In this document: one piece after another, positions 51,275 to 61,601 of the stretch
Position numbering within the stretch: position 1 is the stretch's first letter
Layout: every line of letters begins with the position of its first letter
DNA from: Bacillota bacterium
Lineage (GTDB): Bacteria > Bacillota > Sulfobacillia > JAIMAT01
Length of the DNA: 64,000 nt
Direction of reading: 5' to 3'
Assembly (NCBI GenBank): GCA_029960955.1
Contig: JASBVS010000009.1
Span: 22,645 to 86,644, forward strand
Program-made: the position numbers and the translations under genes
Notes under the pieces: generated by a model
What the model was told of the DNA's origin: nothing
What the model saw: only the letters and a program-made list of their open reading frames with translations
Database searches by the model: none

Positions 51275-53512
51275 TTGACCGAAGAGCTTCCTGGGCGCCA
51301 TCCGGTCGCGATTCCGGTGCCGGCGGCGCCGGCGGCGGAGAAGGAGGCCACGGTCGAGGTGTTGCACGGCGTGCAGGTCGCCGACCCCTACCGCTGGCTG
51401 GAGGCGGGCGACGACCCGCGCGTCCGCGCCTGGAGCGAGGCGCAGGCGCGCCGGACACGGGCGGTGCTGGACGCCATCCCCTGGCGGCCTGCCCTGCGCC
51501 GCCGGCTGGGCGAACTCTACGGCGCGGGCGGCGTCGGCCAGCCGCGGCTGGCGGGCGGGCGGCTCTTCTTCCTCCGCCGCCGGCCGGGCGCGGCGCAGCC
51601 GGCGCTGGTGGTCCGCCCGGCGGACGGTCGCCCGGACGAGGCGGAGGAGCGCGTGCTGGTCGACCCGGGGCGGGAGGACGAGCGCGGCCTGGTGGCGCTC
51701 GACTGGTGGTACCCCTCGCCCGACGGCCGCCTCGTCGCCTTCGGGCTCTCCTCCGGCGGCGACGAGTGGAGCACGCTCCACGTGGTGGAGGTGGAGAGCG
51801 GCCGCCGGCTGGCGGAGGCCATCCCCCGGACGCCCTACGCCAGCCTCGCCTGGGAGCCGGACGGGAGCGGCTTCTACTACACGCGCCACCCGGACCCCGC
51901 GGAGGCCGGCGCGGAGGAGGCCTACTACCGCCCGCGGCTCTACCACCACCGGCTCGGCGAGCCGGCGGAGGCCGACCCGCTGGTCTTCGGCGAGGCCCTG
52001 CCGCGCGAGGCGATGCTGGAGGTGGCGCTCTCGCCGTCGGGACGCTTCCTCCTGGTGAGCGTCCGGCGGGGCTGGAGCCGGAGCGAGCTCTGGATGGCCG
52101 ACCGCGGCGAGGCGGCGACGCGCCGGGACCGGCTCGACTTCCTGCCGCTCGTCCGCGGGCGCGAGGCGCTCTTCCTCCCCCGCTTCACCCCCGCCGGCTG
52201 GGGCGGCGAGCCGGGCGAAGGCCTGCTCGTCCTCACCGACCTGGAGGCGCCGCGCTACCGGCTCCTGCAGGTGACGGCGGCGGAGGCGACGGGCGGGCTG
52301 CCGGTGGAGAGCTGGCCGGAGTTCCTTCCCCAGCCCGAGGAAGGGACGCTGGCCGGCTTCGCCGTCGCCCGCGACGCGGTGGCCGTCCACGTGCTGCGCG
52401 ACGCCGTGTCGCGCCTCCGGCTCCTCGCTCCCGGCGGCGGCGAACAGCGCGAGCTGGAGCTCCCGCCGCTCTCGACGCTCGCCGAGCTGGAGGGCGCGGC
52501 CGGGGCGGTGGAGGCGGCGGAAGGCGGCGTCGAGCTGGTGGCGGTCCTCGAATCCTTCCTCCGCCCGCCCGCCATCTACCGCCTCGACCCGGCGGCGGGG
52601 CAGGCCGAGCGCTGGATCGCCGTCGAGGCGCCCTTCGACCCCGACGCCTTCGAGGCTCGCCAGGCCTTCTGCACCTCCAGGGACGGCACGCGCATCCCGC
52701 TCTTCCTCCTCCATCGCCGTGGTCTCGCCCGCGACGGCGAGCGCCCCGCCGTCCTCACCGGCTACGGCGGCTTCGGGGTCAGCATGACGCCGCAGTATCG
52801 CCCCCAGGTGATCCCCTGGCTCGAGGCGGGCGGGCTCTGGGCGCTGGCCTGCCTGCGCGGCGGCGGCGAGTACGGCGAGGGCTGGCACCGGGCGGGCATG
52901 CTCGGCAGGAAGCAGAACGTCTTCGACGACTTCGTCGCCGCCGCCCACTTCCTGATCCGCGCGGGCTACACCCGCCCCGAGCGGCTCGGCGCCTTCGGTC
53001 GCTCCAACGGCGGCCTCCTGACCGGCGCGGCGCTGACGCAGCGCCCCGACCTCTGGCGCGCCGTCGTCTCGGGGGTACCGCTCCTGGACATGCTCCGCTA
53101 CCACCTCTTCCGCATCGGCGCGCTCTGGATCCCCGAGTACGGCTCGCCCGACGATCCCGAGGCCTTCCGCTGGCTGCACGCCTACTCGCCCTACCACCAC
53201 GTGCAGGAAGGCCGCCGTTACCCGGCGGTCCTCCTCTACGCGGCCGAGTCGGACACGCGCGTCGACCCGCTCCACGCGCGCAAGATGGCCGCCCGCCTGC
53301 AGGAGGCGACCGGCCAGGCCGGCGCGGAGGCGGCCGAGCCGCCGGAACGCCCCGTCCTCCTGCGCCTGGAGTCCGAGGCGGGGCACGGCGCGGGCAAGCC
53401 CGTGCAGAAGGTGGTCGAGGAGGAGGCCGACATCTGGAGCTTCCTGGGCTGGCAGCTGGGGCTCGAGCTCGGCGGGGCGGCCCGGGAGCGGACGGAGGTG
53501 GATCGCCCGTGA
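51275..53512 (+). CDS. Prolyl oligopeptidase (S9A)
   Basis: VADPYRWLE, GYGGF, RGGGEYG..WH, KQNVFDDF, GRSNGG nucleophile, DTRV and AGHG. Confidence 0.93.
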   Translation: MTEELPGRHPVAIPVPAAPAAEKEATVEVLHGVQVADPYRWLEAGDDPRVRAWSEAQARRTRAVLDAIPWRPALRRRLGELYGAGGVGQPRLAGGRLFFLRRRPGAAQPALVVRPADGRPDEAEERVLVDPGREDERGLVALDWWYPSPDGRLVAFGLSSGGDEWSTLHVVEVESGRRLAEAIPRTPYASLAWEPDGSGFYYTRHPDPAEAGAEEAYYRPRLYHHRLGEPAEADPLVFGEALPREAMLEVALSPSGRFLLVSVRRGWSRSELWMADRGEAATRRDRLDFLPLVRGREALFLPRFTPAGWGGEPGEGLLVLTDLEAPRYRLLQVTAAEATGGLPVESWPEFLPQPEEGTLAGFAVARDAVAVHVLRDAVSRLRLLAPGGGEQRELELPPLSTLAELEGAAGAVEAAEGGVELVAVLESFLRPPAIYRLDPAAGQAERWIAVEAPFDPDAFEARQAFCTSRDGTRIPLFLLHRRGLARDGERPAVLTGYGGFGVSMTPQYRPQVIPWLEAGGLWALACLRGGGEYGEGWHRAGMLGRKQNVFDDFVAAAHFLIRAGYTRPERLGAFGRSNGGLLTGAALTQRPDLWRAVVSGVPLLDMLRYHLFRIGALWIPEYGSPDDPEAFRWLHAYSPYHHVQEGRRYPAVLLYAAESDTRVDPLHARKMAARLQEATGQAGAEAAEPPERPVLLRLESEAGHGAGKPVQKVVEEEADIWSFLGWQLGLELGGAARERTEVDRP

Positions 53513-54417
53513 GCGTGAGCGTCCGCGTGCGCGCAGCCTTCGTCGGCCTCGGCATCATGGGCCAGGCGATGGCGCTCAACCTGCTCCGCAAGCCGGGCGG
53601 ACCGGAGGTGGAGCTGGCCGTCTACAACCGGACGCCCGCGCGGGCCGAGCCGCTCCGGGCGGCGGGGGCCCGCGTGGCCGCCAGCCCGCGCGAGGCCGCC
53701 GAGGGCGCGGAGTTCGTCTTCACCATGGTCTCCGACGACGCCGCGCTCCGCGCCGTCGCCACGGGCCCGGAGGGCTTCCTCGCCGGGGTGGCGGCGGGGA
53801 GCGTGATCGTCGACCACTCCACCGTCTCGCGGGCGCTGACGCTGGAGCTGGCCCGCGAGGCGGCGGCGCGCGGCGCCGCCTGGTGCGACGCGCCGGTGAC
53901 CGGGGGCGACGTGGGCGCCCGCGAGGGGAGCCTGACCATCATGGTGGGCGGGCCGCAGGAAGCCTTCCGGCGCGCGCTTCCTCTCCTGGAGAAGACGGGG
54001 CGCCGCATCCTCCACGTGGGCGCCACCGGCCAGGGCCAGGCGCTGAAGGCGGTCTCCAACATGGTCTCCTGCCTGACGCTCATGGCCTCCGCCGAGGGGA
54101 TCCAGCTCGGCCTCCGCGCCGGCCTCAGCCTGGAGGCGCTGGCCGAGGTGATGCAGCACGGCTCGGCGGCCAGCTACGAGCTGGACAAGATGCTCGCCCG
54201 CTTCGCCCGCGAGGGCTACCGGCCCGGCTTCTCGGTCGCCAACCGCTTCAAGGACCTGGAGCTGGCGCTGGCTCTGGCGCGCGAGCTCGGCCAGCCGGTG
54301 CCCCTCGCCTCGGCCGCGGAGCCCCCCTACCGGAGCTGGCGCGAGGCGCACGGCGAACTGGACGAGTCGAGCTACATCCTCGCCCTGGGAGCCGACCACC
54401 CGCGGCCGCAGGAGTGA
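53509..54417 (+). CDS. Beta-hydroxyacid dehydrogenase (3-hydroxyisobutyrate DH family)
   Basis: FVGLGIMG, YNRT, DAPVTGG...A..G.LTIMVGG and K...N. Start GTG 53509 overlaps the upstream stop. Confidence 0.88.
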   Translation: MSVSVRVRAAFVGLGIMGQAMALNLLRKPGGPEVELAVYNRTPARAEPLRAAGARVAASPREAAEGAEFVFTMVSDDAALRAVATGPEGFLAGVAAGSVIVDHSTVSRALTLELAREAAARGAAWCDAPVTGGDVGAREGSLTIMVGGPQEAFRRALPLLEKTGRRILHVGATGQGQALKAVSNMVSCLTLMASAEGIQLGLRAGLSLEALAEVMQHGSAASYELDKMLARFAREGYRPGFSVANRFKDLELALALARELGQPVPLASAAEPPYRSWREAHGELDESSYILALGADHPRPQE

Positions 54418-54427
54418 GCCGCGGGCG

Positions 54428-55894
54428 CTAGCGCGGCATGCCGCCCGGCTGCTCGAGGCAGCCGAGGAGTTGCCGGGCGCGCTCGCGGGCGAAGGCCGCG
54501 TGCAGGAGGTCGCCGTCGTAGCGGGCGAGCCCGAGGCCGGCGCCGGCGTAGCGGACGATGACGAGCCCGCGCCGGAGCGGTTCGCCCGCGGGGCCGGAGG
54601 CGTGGGGCGGCCCGGGCGGGACCGCCTGCCCTTCCAGGAGCGCGCGCAGCGCCGCCGGCTCCAGGTCGACCACCTGCCGCCGGGCGAGGCGGCCGACGCG
54701 GTGCAGGGCGAAGCCCGACGGCCACCAGTGGCGCCCGGTCCAGTGGGCGAGCGGCAGGCCGGCCGCCCAGCGCTCCGGCCAGAGCGGCAGCCGGGGCAGC
54801 GTCGAGAGCCACGTGCGCTCGCCGCTCCGGTAGACGTGGAGCCCCTCGAAGGCCTCGGCGGGGATGCCGAAGCTCTCCTCCATCCAGGCGCGCACTTCGC
54901 GGCCGGCCGCCTCGTCGGGCGCTTCCTCGGGCGGCGGCGTCGCCTCCTCCGCCCAGGGGACGGGCGCCCGCAGCCGGAGCCGGGCGAGGAACATGCCGCC
55001 GGAGTCCAGGTGGTGCGGGTAGATCCGCCGTGCCCGCCGCACCTCGGGCAGGAAGGCGACCCCGTCCCAGCCGCCGGCGCCCTCCACCCCCGGCAGCGCC
55101 TGCGGCAGCGGTTCCGCCTCCACCGCGCCCCCGGCCGCGCGCAGGACGGCGTCCACCACCGCCTCGTCCTCCTCGGGGGCGAAGGTGCAGGTGGAGTAGA
55201 CCACCACCCCGCCCGGCCGGACGAGCGCCAGCGCGCGGCGCAGCAGCGCCTCCTGCAGCGAGGCCAGGCGGCGGAGGCGGTCCGCTCGCGGCGGTCGTCT
55301 CGGGCGCGGGTCGCGGCGGACGTTCCCCTCGCCGGAGCAGGGCGCGTCGACCAGCGCGCGGTCGAAGGCGAGGCCGGCCGGGAAGCGTCGCCCGTCGCAG
55401 ACGGTGACCACCGCCGAGGCGACGCCCATGCGGCCGAGGTTGGCCAGGAGCCAGCCCGCCCGCGCCGGATCGGCCTCGTTGGCCACGACCAGCCCCGAGG
55501 GCCCCACCCGCTCCGCGATCTGGGTGCTCTTGCCGCCGGGGGCCGCGCTCAGGTCGAGGATCCGCTCCCCGGGCTGCGGGTCGAGGGCGACGACCGGCAC
55601 GGCCGCCGCCGCTTCCTGGAGGTAGAAGAGGCCGAGCCAGTGCTCGAAGGTGGAGCCGGGCGGGCAGGGCCCGCCCTCCACCCGCATCACCTCCGGCGCC
55701 CAAGGGTAGGGCGCCAGGCGGAAGCCGCGCGCCTCGAGCCGCCCGCGCAGCTCCTCCGGCGCGACGCGCAGCCGGTTGGCCCGCAGCGCGTGCGGCTGGG
55801 GCCGCACCACCGCGGCGGCGAAGGCGGCCCAGTCGTCGACCAGCGCCCGGTAGCGCTCGAAGGCGGAGAGGACGATGCCGCTCCTGGCGCTCAC
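54428..55894 (-). CDS. RsmB/RsmF (NOL1/NOP2/Sun) RNA m5C methyltransferase
   Basis: YLQE, AAPGGKS, DAPCSGEG and YSTCT..PEED. Start GTG at 55894. Confidence 0.88.
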   Translation of the reverse strand: MSARSGIVLSAFERYRALVDDWAAFAAAVVRPQPHALRANRLRVAPEELRGRLEARGFRLAPYPWAPEVMRVEGGPCPPGSTFEHWLGLFYLQEAAAAVPVVALDPQPGERILDLSAAPGGKSTQIAERVGPSGLVVANEADPARAGWLLANLGRMGVASAVVTVCDGRRFPAGLAFDRALVDAPCSGEGNVRRDPRPRRPPRADRLRRLASLQEALLRRALALVRPGGVVVYSTCTFAPEEDEAVVDAVLRAAGGAVEAEPLPQALPGVEGAGGWDGVAFLPEVRRARRIYPHHLDSGGMFLARLRLRAPVPWAEEATPPPEEAPDEAAGREVRAWMEESFGIPAEAFEGLHVYRSGERTWLSTLPRLPLWPERWAAGLPLAHWTGRHWWPSGFALHRVGRLARRQVVDLEPAALRALLEGQAVPPGPPHASGPAGEPLRRGLVIVRYAGAGLGLARYDGDLLHAAFARERARQLLGCLEQPGGMPR

Positions 55895-57603
55895 ACCTCC
55901 ACGATGATGGGCAGGATCATCGGCCGTCGGCGCGTCCGGTCGAAGAGGAAGTGGCTCGCCTCGTCGCGGACGGCCGCCTTGATCCCGTTCCACTCGGTGA
56001 CGCCCTGGGCCAGGCAGGCGGCGAGCGCCTGGCTCACCCGCTGCTTCAGCTCCTCCATCAGGGGCTCCGACTCGCGCACGTAGACGAAGCCGCGCGAGAC
56101 GACGTCCGGTCCGCCCAGGACCTGGTGGTTCTGGCGGTCCATGGTGACCACGAGGATGAGGACGCCGTCCTGCGAGAGCTGCTTCCGGTCGCGCAGGACG
56201 ATGGAGCCCACGTCGCCCACGCCGAGCCCGTCGATCAGGATGTCGCCCGCCGTCACCTTGCCGTTGATGCGGGCGCCCTCGGGCCGGATCTCGAAGACGG
56301 AGCCGTTCTCCCCGATCAGGATGTTCTCCGGCGGGATGCCGACGCTCTCCGCCAGCCGGCCGTGGCGGATCAGGTGACGCCACTCGCCGTGGACGGGGAT
56401 GAAGTAGCGCGGCCGCACCAGGTTGAGCATCAGCTTCAGCTCCTCCTGGCTTGCGTGGCCGGAGACGTGGACGCCGTTCTCGATGCCGTAGATGACGTTG
56501 GCGCCCAGGTGGTAGAGGTTGTCGATGGTCCGGTAGATCATCGTCTCGTTCCCGGGGATGGGCGAGGCGGAGATGACGACGGTGTCCCCGGGGACGATCT
56601 CCACCCAGCGATGGTCTCCCGTCGCCATCCGCGTCAGCGCGGAGAGCGGCTCGCCCTGGCTGCCCGTCGTCAGGATGGCCAGCTGGTGTCCCTTGTAGCG
56701 CTTGATCTCCTCGACGCTGATCAGCGTGCCGGGCTTGACGTCGAGGTAGCCCAGGTCCAGCGCCACCTGGACCGTGTTCTCCATGCTCCGCCCGACCACG
56801 GCCACGTGCCGGTGGTGGTGGACGGCGGCGTCGATCACCTGCTGGATGCGGTGGACGTTGGAGGCGAAGGTGGCCACCAGCACCCGTCCCGAGGCCGTCG
56901 CCATCACCCGGTCCAGCACCAGCCCCACCGTCTTCTCCGACGGCGTGTAGCCGGGCCGCTCGGCGTTGGTGCTGTCGGACATCAGCACCAGGACTTCCTC
57001 GCGCCCCAGCTCGGCCAGCCGCTGCAGGTCGGCGACGCGCCCGTCGACCGGCGTCAGGTCGATCTTGAAGTCGCCGGTGTGGACCACCGTGCCGATCGGC
57101 GTGCGGATGGCCAGCCCGTAGGCGTCGGGGATGGAGTGGTTGACCCGGAAGGGCTCGACCACGAAGTTCTGCCCGAAGGAGATCCGTTCCCCCGGCGTGT
57201 AGACGCGGGAGCCCTCGGGCAGCTGCATATGGTGTTCCGCCAGCTTCTCCTCGATGAGGCCGAGCGCCAGGCGGGAGGCGAAGACGGGCACCGGGATCTC
57301 GCGCAGCAGATAGGGGACCGCGCCCACATGGTCCTCGTGCCCGTGGGTGATGACCAGCCCGCGAACCTTCTCCCGGTGCTCCTTCAGGTAGGTCAGGTCG
57401 GGGATCACCAGGTCGATCCCCAGCATCTCGTCCTCGGGGAAGGCGAGCCCGGCGTCGTCGATCAGGATGTCGTCGCCGTACTCGAAGAGGGTCATGTTCT
57501 TCCCGATCTCGCCCAGCCCGCCCAGCGGAATGATCTTCAGTGGCTCGCCCGGCCCGTTCCCGGCACGTGGACGACCGTGGCGAGGCCGTCGGCTTTTGGC
57601 TAT
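55891..57603 (-). CDS. rnj: Ribonuclease J
   Basis: LKIIPLGGLGEIGKNM, THGHEDH, HSIPD, TGDFK, GSQGEP, HVSGH and RRPMILP. The conserved N-terminus extends upstream of the track start (57495); only ATA 57603 or CTG 57540 are available as starts. Confidence 0.93.
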   Translation of the reverse strand: MAKSRRPRHGRPRAGNGPGEPLKIIPLGGLGEIGKNMTLFEYGDDILIDDAGLAFPEDEMLGIDLVIPDLTYLKEHREKVRGLVITHGHEDHVGAVPYLLREIPVPVFASRLALGLIEEKLAEHHMQLPEGSRVYTPGERISFGQNFVVEPFRVNHSIPDAYGLAIRTPIGTVVHTGDFKIDLTPVDGRVADLQRLAELGREEVLVLMSDSTNAERPGYTPSEKTVGLVLDRVMATASGRVLVATFASNVHRIQQVIDAAVHHHRHVAVVGRSMENTVQVALDLGYLDVKPGTLISVEEIKRYKGHQLAILTTGSQGEPLSALTRMATGDHRWVEIVPGDTVVISASPIPGNETMIYRTIDNLYHLGANVIYGIENGVHVSGHASQEELKLMLNLVRPRYFIPVHGEWRHLIRHGRLAESVGIPPENILIGENGSVFEIRPEGARINGKVTAGDILIDGLGVGDVGSIVLRDRKQLSQDGVLILVVTMDRQNHQVLGGPDVVSRGFVYVRESEPLMEELKQRVSQALAACLAQGVTEWNGIKAAVRDEASHFLFDRTRRRPMILPIIVEV

Positions 57604-57661
57604 TCCGACCCCACCTCACTTGCTCTGGATTTCTTCCGTCCGCCCGAACTCGTCGCCGCGT

Positions 57662-57690
57662 ATTATAGTGCCCCGCCTCCCTCCTCACAA
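57662..57690 (-). promoter_or_regulatory. Sigma-A promoter for rnj
   Basis: TTGTGA-17 nt-TATAAT on the minus strand. Confidence 0.75.
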
Positions 57691-57733
57691 GGAAGAGCAG
57701 GAAGCGGGGCCTCCCGCGCCTCCCCGGGGGCGC

Positions 57734-58630
57734 TCACCCGATCAGGCCCGCGCCTCTCAGCGCCGCCTCCACCACCTGCTGCGCGGCCTCCGGAAGGGCG
57801 GCCAGCGGCGGCCGGCACTCGCCCACCGGGAAGCCCGTCCGCCCCAGCGCCCACTTGACCGGGATCGGGTTGGTGGTGACGAAGAGCGCCTTGTGCAAAG
57901 GAAGGAGCTCCAGGTGGATGCGCCGCGCCTCCTCCGCCTCGCCGCGCCGGAAGGCGTCGATCATGGCCGCCAGCCGCCCGGCCACCAGGTGGCCGGAGAC
58001 GCTGATCACGCCCACCGCGCCCACCGCCAGCATGGGCAGCGTCAGCGAGTCGTCGCCGCTGTAGACGGCCAGGCGCCCCTCCGTCCGCCGGACGATCTCC
58101 GACGTCTCGTCGAAGTTGCCCGAGGCCTGCTTGAGCGCGACGATGTTGGGCACGTCCTCCGCCAGCCGCACCACGGTCTCCGGCGCCAGGTTGGTGGCGG
58201 TCCGCCCCGGCACGTTGTAGAGCATGACGGGCAGCGAGACGCTCTCGGCCACGCTGCGGAAGTGGCGGTAGAGGCCCTCCTGCGGCGGCTTGTTGTAGTA
58301 GGGCGTCACCAGCATGAGGCCGTCGACGCCCCAGCGCTCCGCCATCCGGCTGCGCCGGATGCTGGCGCGGGTGTCGTAGCTGCCGGTGCCGGCGTAGACC
58401 GGCACCCGCCCGCCCGCCGCCTCCCGGACGGCCGCCACCAGGCGCTCCAGCTCCTCGTCGGAGAGCGTAGGCGACTCGGCGGTGCTCCCGCCGATCAGGA
58501 AGCCGTCGGCGCCCTCCGCCATCAGCTTCCTGGCCAGTTCGGCGGCCCGCTCCGGCACCAGCTCGCCCCTCTCGTCGAACGGGCTGACCAGGGCGACCGT
58601 CACCCGCCCCGGCAGCCTCGGCTCGGCCAT
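57734..58630 (-). CDS. dapA: 4-hydroxy-tetrahydrodipicolinate synthase
   Basis: GSTAESPTLS, PYYNKP, LYNVPGRT, Schiff-base Lys in ALKQAS, YSGDD and NPIPVK; canonical gene context. Confidence 0.93.
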   Translation of the reverse strand: MAEPRLPGRVTVALVSPFDERGELVPERAAELARKLMAEGADGFLIGGSTAESPTLSDEELERLVAAVREAAGGRVPVYAGTGSYDTRASIRRSRMAERWGVDGLMLVTPYYNKPPQEGLYRHFRSVAESVSLPVMLYNVPGRTATNLAPETVVRLAEDVPNIVALKQASGNFDETSEIVRRTEGRLAVYSGDDSLTLPMLAVGAVGVISVSGHLVAGRLAAMIDAFRRGEAEEARRIHLELLPLHKALFVTTNPIPVKWALGRTGFPVGECRPPLAALPEAAQQVVEAALRGAGLIG

Positions 58631-58661
58631 GCTCAAGCCCCCCTTCCTCGCCTCCAGAGCT

Positions 58662-59933
58662 TCAGACCGGCCGGCGGTCACCCAGTTCGAAGGCCTCGTG
58701 AAGCGCCCGCACCGCCTCCTCCATCTGCTCCCGCCGCACCAGGCAGGAGATGGTGACGTGCGAGTCGGCCGTCTGCAGGATCTCGATGCCCCGTTCGGCC
58801 AGCGCCTCCACCACGCGCGCCATCACGCCCGGCAGCCCGCGCATGCCGGCCCCCACCACCGAGACCTTGGCGCAGCCGCGCACGAGCGAGACCTGGAAAC
58901 CTTCGGACTCCAGAATCTTTCGCGTCTTCTCGGCCTCCGCCTCCCGGACGATGAACGAGCGGCGCTCCGGCGAGACGTTGATCAGGTCGACGCTGACGCC
59001 CGCCTCGGCCAGCGGGCGGAAGATGCGGCGGTTGACGGTCCCGGAGTCGGCCGCCGGCGCGCCGCCGGCGCTCTCGCCCCGCGCCGGCGCGCCCTCCACC
59101 CGCACCAGGCACATGTCGGCCATGTGGGCGACGCCGGTGATGATGCGGCCGCCGTAGAGGTCGGCCCAGGCGCCGGCGTTCTCGAAGGCGTGGGTGATCA
59201 GCGTCCCCGGGCTGTCGGAGAAAGTGCTGCGGATGCGCAGGGGGACGTTCCCCTGCATGGCCAGCTCCACCGCGCGCGCGTGGACGATGCGGCTGCCCAG
59301 GTCCGCCATCTGCAGGACTTCCTCGTAGGTGAGGACGCGGAGCGTGCGCGCGTCGGGGACGATGCGCGGGTCGGCGGTCATCACGCCCTCGACGTCCGAG
59401 TAGATCTCCACCTCCTCGGCGCGGAGCGCCACGCCCAGCGCCGCCGCGGTGGTGTCGCTGCCGCCCCGCCCCAGCGTCGTCACGTCGCCGCCCTCCGTGA
59501 TGCCCTGGAAGCCGGTCACCACCGGCAGGAGGCCCTGCTCCAGCCGCTGCAGGAGCGGCGTCGGGTCGACGCGCAGGATGCGCGCGTCACCGAAGCGGTC
59601 GTCGGTCAGGATGCCGCTCTGCCAGCCGGTCAGCGTGACCGGCCGGCCGACGCCCTCCCGCCGCAGCGTGGCGGAGAGGATGACGGCCGAGATCACCTCG
59701 CCGCAGGAGATCATCAGGTCCTCCTCGCGGGGGTCGGGCTCCGGCTCGACGGCGCGCACCTGGTCGAGCAGCGTGTCGGTGGCGTACGGGTCGCCGCGCC
59801 TGCCCATGGCCGAGACGACCACCACCGGGTCGAGCCCCGCCGCCAGCGCGGAGCGGATGCGGCGGACGACGTGCGCCCGGCGCTCGCTGTCGGAGACGGA
59901 GGTGCCGCCGAACTTCTGCACGACGATGCGCAA
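58662..59933 (-). CDS. dapG: Aspartokinase I
   Basis: VQKFGGTSV, VVSAMGR.GDPYATD, TTLGRGGSD and DPRIV, plus ACT domains. Start TTG at 59933. Confidence 0.92.
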   Translation of the reverse strand: MRIVVQKFGGTSVSDSERRAHVVRRIRSALAAGLDPVVVVSAMGRRGDPYATDTLLDQVRAVEPEPDPREEDLMISCGEVISAVILSATLRREGVGRPVTLTGWQSGILTDDRFGDARILRVDPTPLLQRLEQGLLPVVTGFQGITEGGDVTTLGRGGSDTTAAALGVALRAEEVEIYSDVEGVMTADPRIVPDARTLRVLTYEEVLQMADLGSRIVHARAVELAMQGNVPLRIRSTFSDSPGTLITHAFENAGAWADLYGGRIITGVAHMADMCLVRVEGAPARGESAGGAPAADSGTVNRRIFRPLAEAGVSVDLINVSPERRSFIVREAEAEKTRKILESEGFQVSLVRGCAKVSVVGAGMRGLPGVMARVVEALAERGIEILQTADSHVTISCLVRREQMEEAVRALHEAFELGDRRPV

Positions 59934-59953
59934 GGACGACTCCTCCCGTCGGC

Positions 59954-60976
59954 TCAGGGTCGTCCACTCCGGAGAAGGAGCTCCGCGATCTGGACGGCGT
60001 TGGTCGCCGCGCCTTTGCGCAGGTTGTCGGCCACGATCCAGAGGTCGAGCGCGCCCTCCAGGGCGAGGTCGGAGCGGATGCGCCCGACCCAGACCTCGTC
60101 GCGACCGGCGGCCCGGAGCGGCGTCGGGTACTCGCCCTCCTCCAGCGCGTCGGCCAGGCGGACGCCGGGCGCCGAGGCCAGGATCGCCCTCGCCTCCTCC
60201 GGGGCGAGCGGGCGGGAGGGCTGGAAGACGACCGACTCGCCGTGGCCGACGAAGACCGGGACGCGGACGGCGGTGGCGCTCAGGCGCAACCCGGGCAGGC
60301 CCAGGATCTTCCGGCTCTCGCGCAGGAGCTTCATCTCCTCGCGGGTGAAGCCGTCGCCCTCCAGGCGATCGCAATGCGGCAGCACGTTGAAGGCGATCGG
60401 GTGGGGGTAGGGGCTCGAGGGCGACCGTTCGGGCGTCCCGCCGCTCTGCCAGGCGCGCACCTCCAGCTCCAGCTCCTCCACCGCCTGCTGGCCGGTGCCC
60501 GAGACCGCCTGGTAGGTGGAGACCCAGACCCTTTCCACGCCCGCCTCGCGGATGAGCGGCGCCAGGGCCACCACCAGCTGGATGGTGGAACAGTTGGGGC
60601 TGGCGACGATCCCGCGGTGGTGATCCAGCGCCTCGGGGTTGACCTCCGGCACCACCAGCGGCACGTCCTCGGCCATGCGGAAGGCGTTGCTCTTGTCGAC
60701 CACCACCGCTCCGCGCCGGACGGCCTCGGGCGCCAGCTCCCGGCTGGCCGCGTCGCCCGCGGCGATGAAGACCAGATCCAGGCCGTCGAACCGCTCGGGG
60801 AGCGCTTCCTGGACCTCCAGTTCCCGGCCGAGGAAGCGGACGCGCCGGCCCGCCGACCGCTCCGTGGCCATGGGCCGCAGCTCGCCCACCGGGAAGCGCC
60901 GCTCCTCCAGCACCTCGAGCAGCGTGCGTCCGACCATGCCGGTGGCGCCGACGATCCCGACCCGGACTCCCTCCAA
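59954..60976 (-). CDS. asd: Aspartate-semialdehyde dehydrogenase
   Basis: VGATGMVG, VPLVVPEVN, PNCSTIQ, YQAVSG, VRVPV..GH and DNLRKGAA. Start TTG at 60976. Confidence 0.95.
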   Translation of the reverse strand: MEGVRVGIVGATGMVGRTLLEVLEERRFPVGELRPMATERSAGRRVRFLGRELEVQEALPERFDGLDLVFIAAGDAASRELAPEAVRRGAVVVDKSNAFRMAEDVPLVVPEVNPEALDHHRGIVASPNCSTIQLVVALAPLIREAGVERVWVSTYQAVSGTGQQAVEELELEVRAWQSGGTPERSPSSPYPHPIAFNVLPHCDRLEGDGFTREEMKLLRESRKILGLPGLRLSATAVRVPVFVGHGESVVFQPSRPLAPEEARAILASAPGVRLADALEEGEYPTPLRAAGRDEVWVGRIRSDLALEGALDLWIVADNLRKGAATNAVQIAELLLRSGRP

Positions 60977-60996
60977 CTCGCCGACCTCCCGTCTCC

Positions 60997-61596
60997 TCAC
61001 CGCTCGCCCGCCGGCCAGCCGCGCAGGAGCGGCTGCAGCTGCCGCCCCGCCAGCGCCGCCTCGACGGTCTCCGGGACCAGGTCGAGGTGCGCCACCAGCG
61101 AGTTCGGCTTGGCGAGCGGGTCGTCCTGGCCGAAAGGCACGAAATAGACGTTCTTGACGTTCAGCAGCCTTCCCAGGTTGACGGCGTTCAGCCCCAGCGC
61201 GTCGTTGGTCGTGATGCCCAGGACGACCGGGCGGCCGTTGCGGAGCTGCGCCTTGACCGCCATCGTCACCGCCGTGTCGTTGACGGCGCTGGCCAGCTTG
61301 GCCAGGGTGTTGCCCGTGCAGGGCACCACCGCCAGCACGTCCAGCGTCCGGTTGGGGCCGAAGGGCTCCACCTCCGGAATGGTGGTGAGCGGCTGGTGGC
61401 CGGTCGTCTCCACGACGCGCCGGTACCACGTCTCGGGATCGCCGTGCCGCGTGGCCGTGGTGGCCAGCGTCTGCGACAGGATGGGGATGATCTCGGCCCC
61501 CTCCGCCCGGAGCCGCTCCATCACCGGGAAGACGTGGGGCACCGTATGGTGCGAGCCCGTCAGGGCCCAGCCCACCGTCAAGCCCCGGAATCGCAT
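60997..61596 (-). CDS. dpaB: Dipicolinate synthase subunit B
   Basis: TGSH, EPFGP, PCTGNTLAKLA, TNDALG and VPFGQDDP..KPNSL. Start ATG at 61596. Confidence 0.93.
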   Translation of the reverse strand: MRFRGLTVGWALTGSHHTVPHVFPVMERLRAEGAEIIPILSQTLATTATRHGDPETWYRRVVETTGHQPLTTIPEVEPFGPNRTLDVLAVVPCTGNTLAKLASAVNDTAVTMAVKAQLRNGRPVVLGITTNDALGLNAVNLGRLLNVKNVYFVPFGQDDPLAKPNSLVAHLDLVPETVEAALAGRQLQPLLRGWPAGER

Positions 61597-61601
61597 GCAC
61601 C

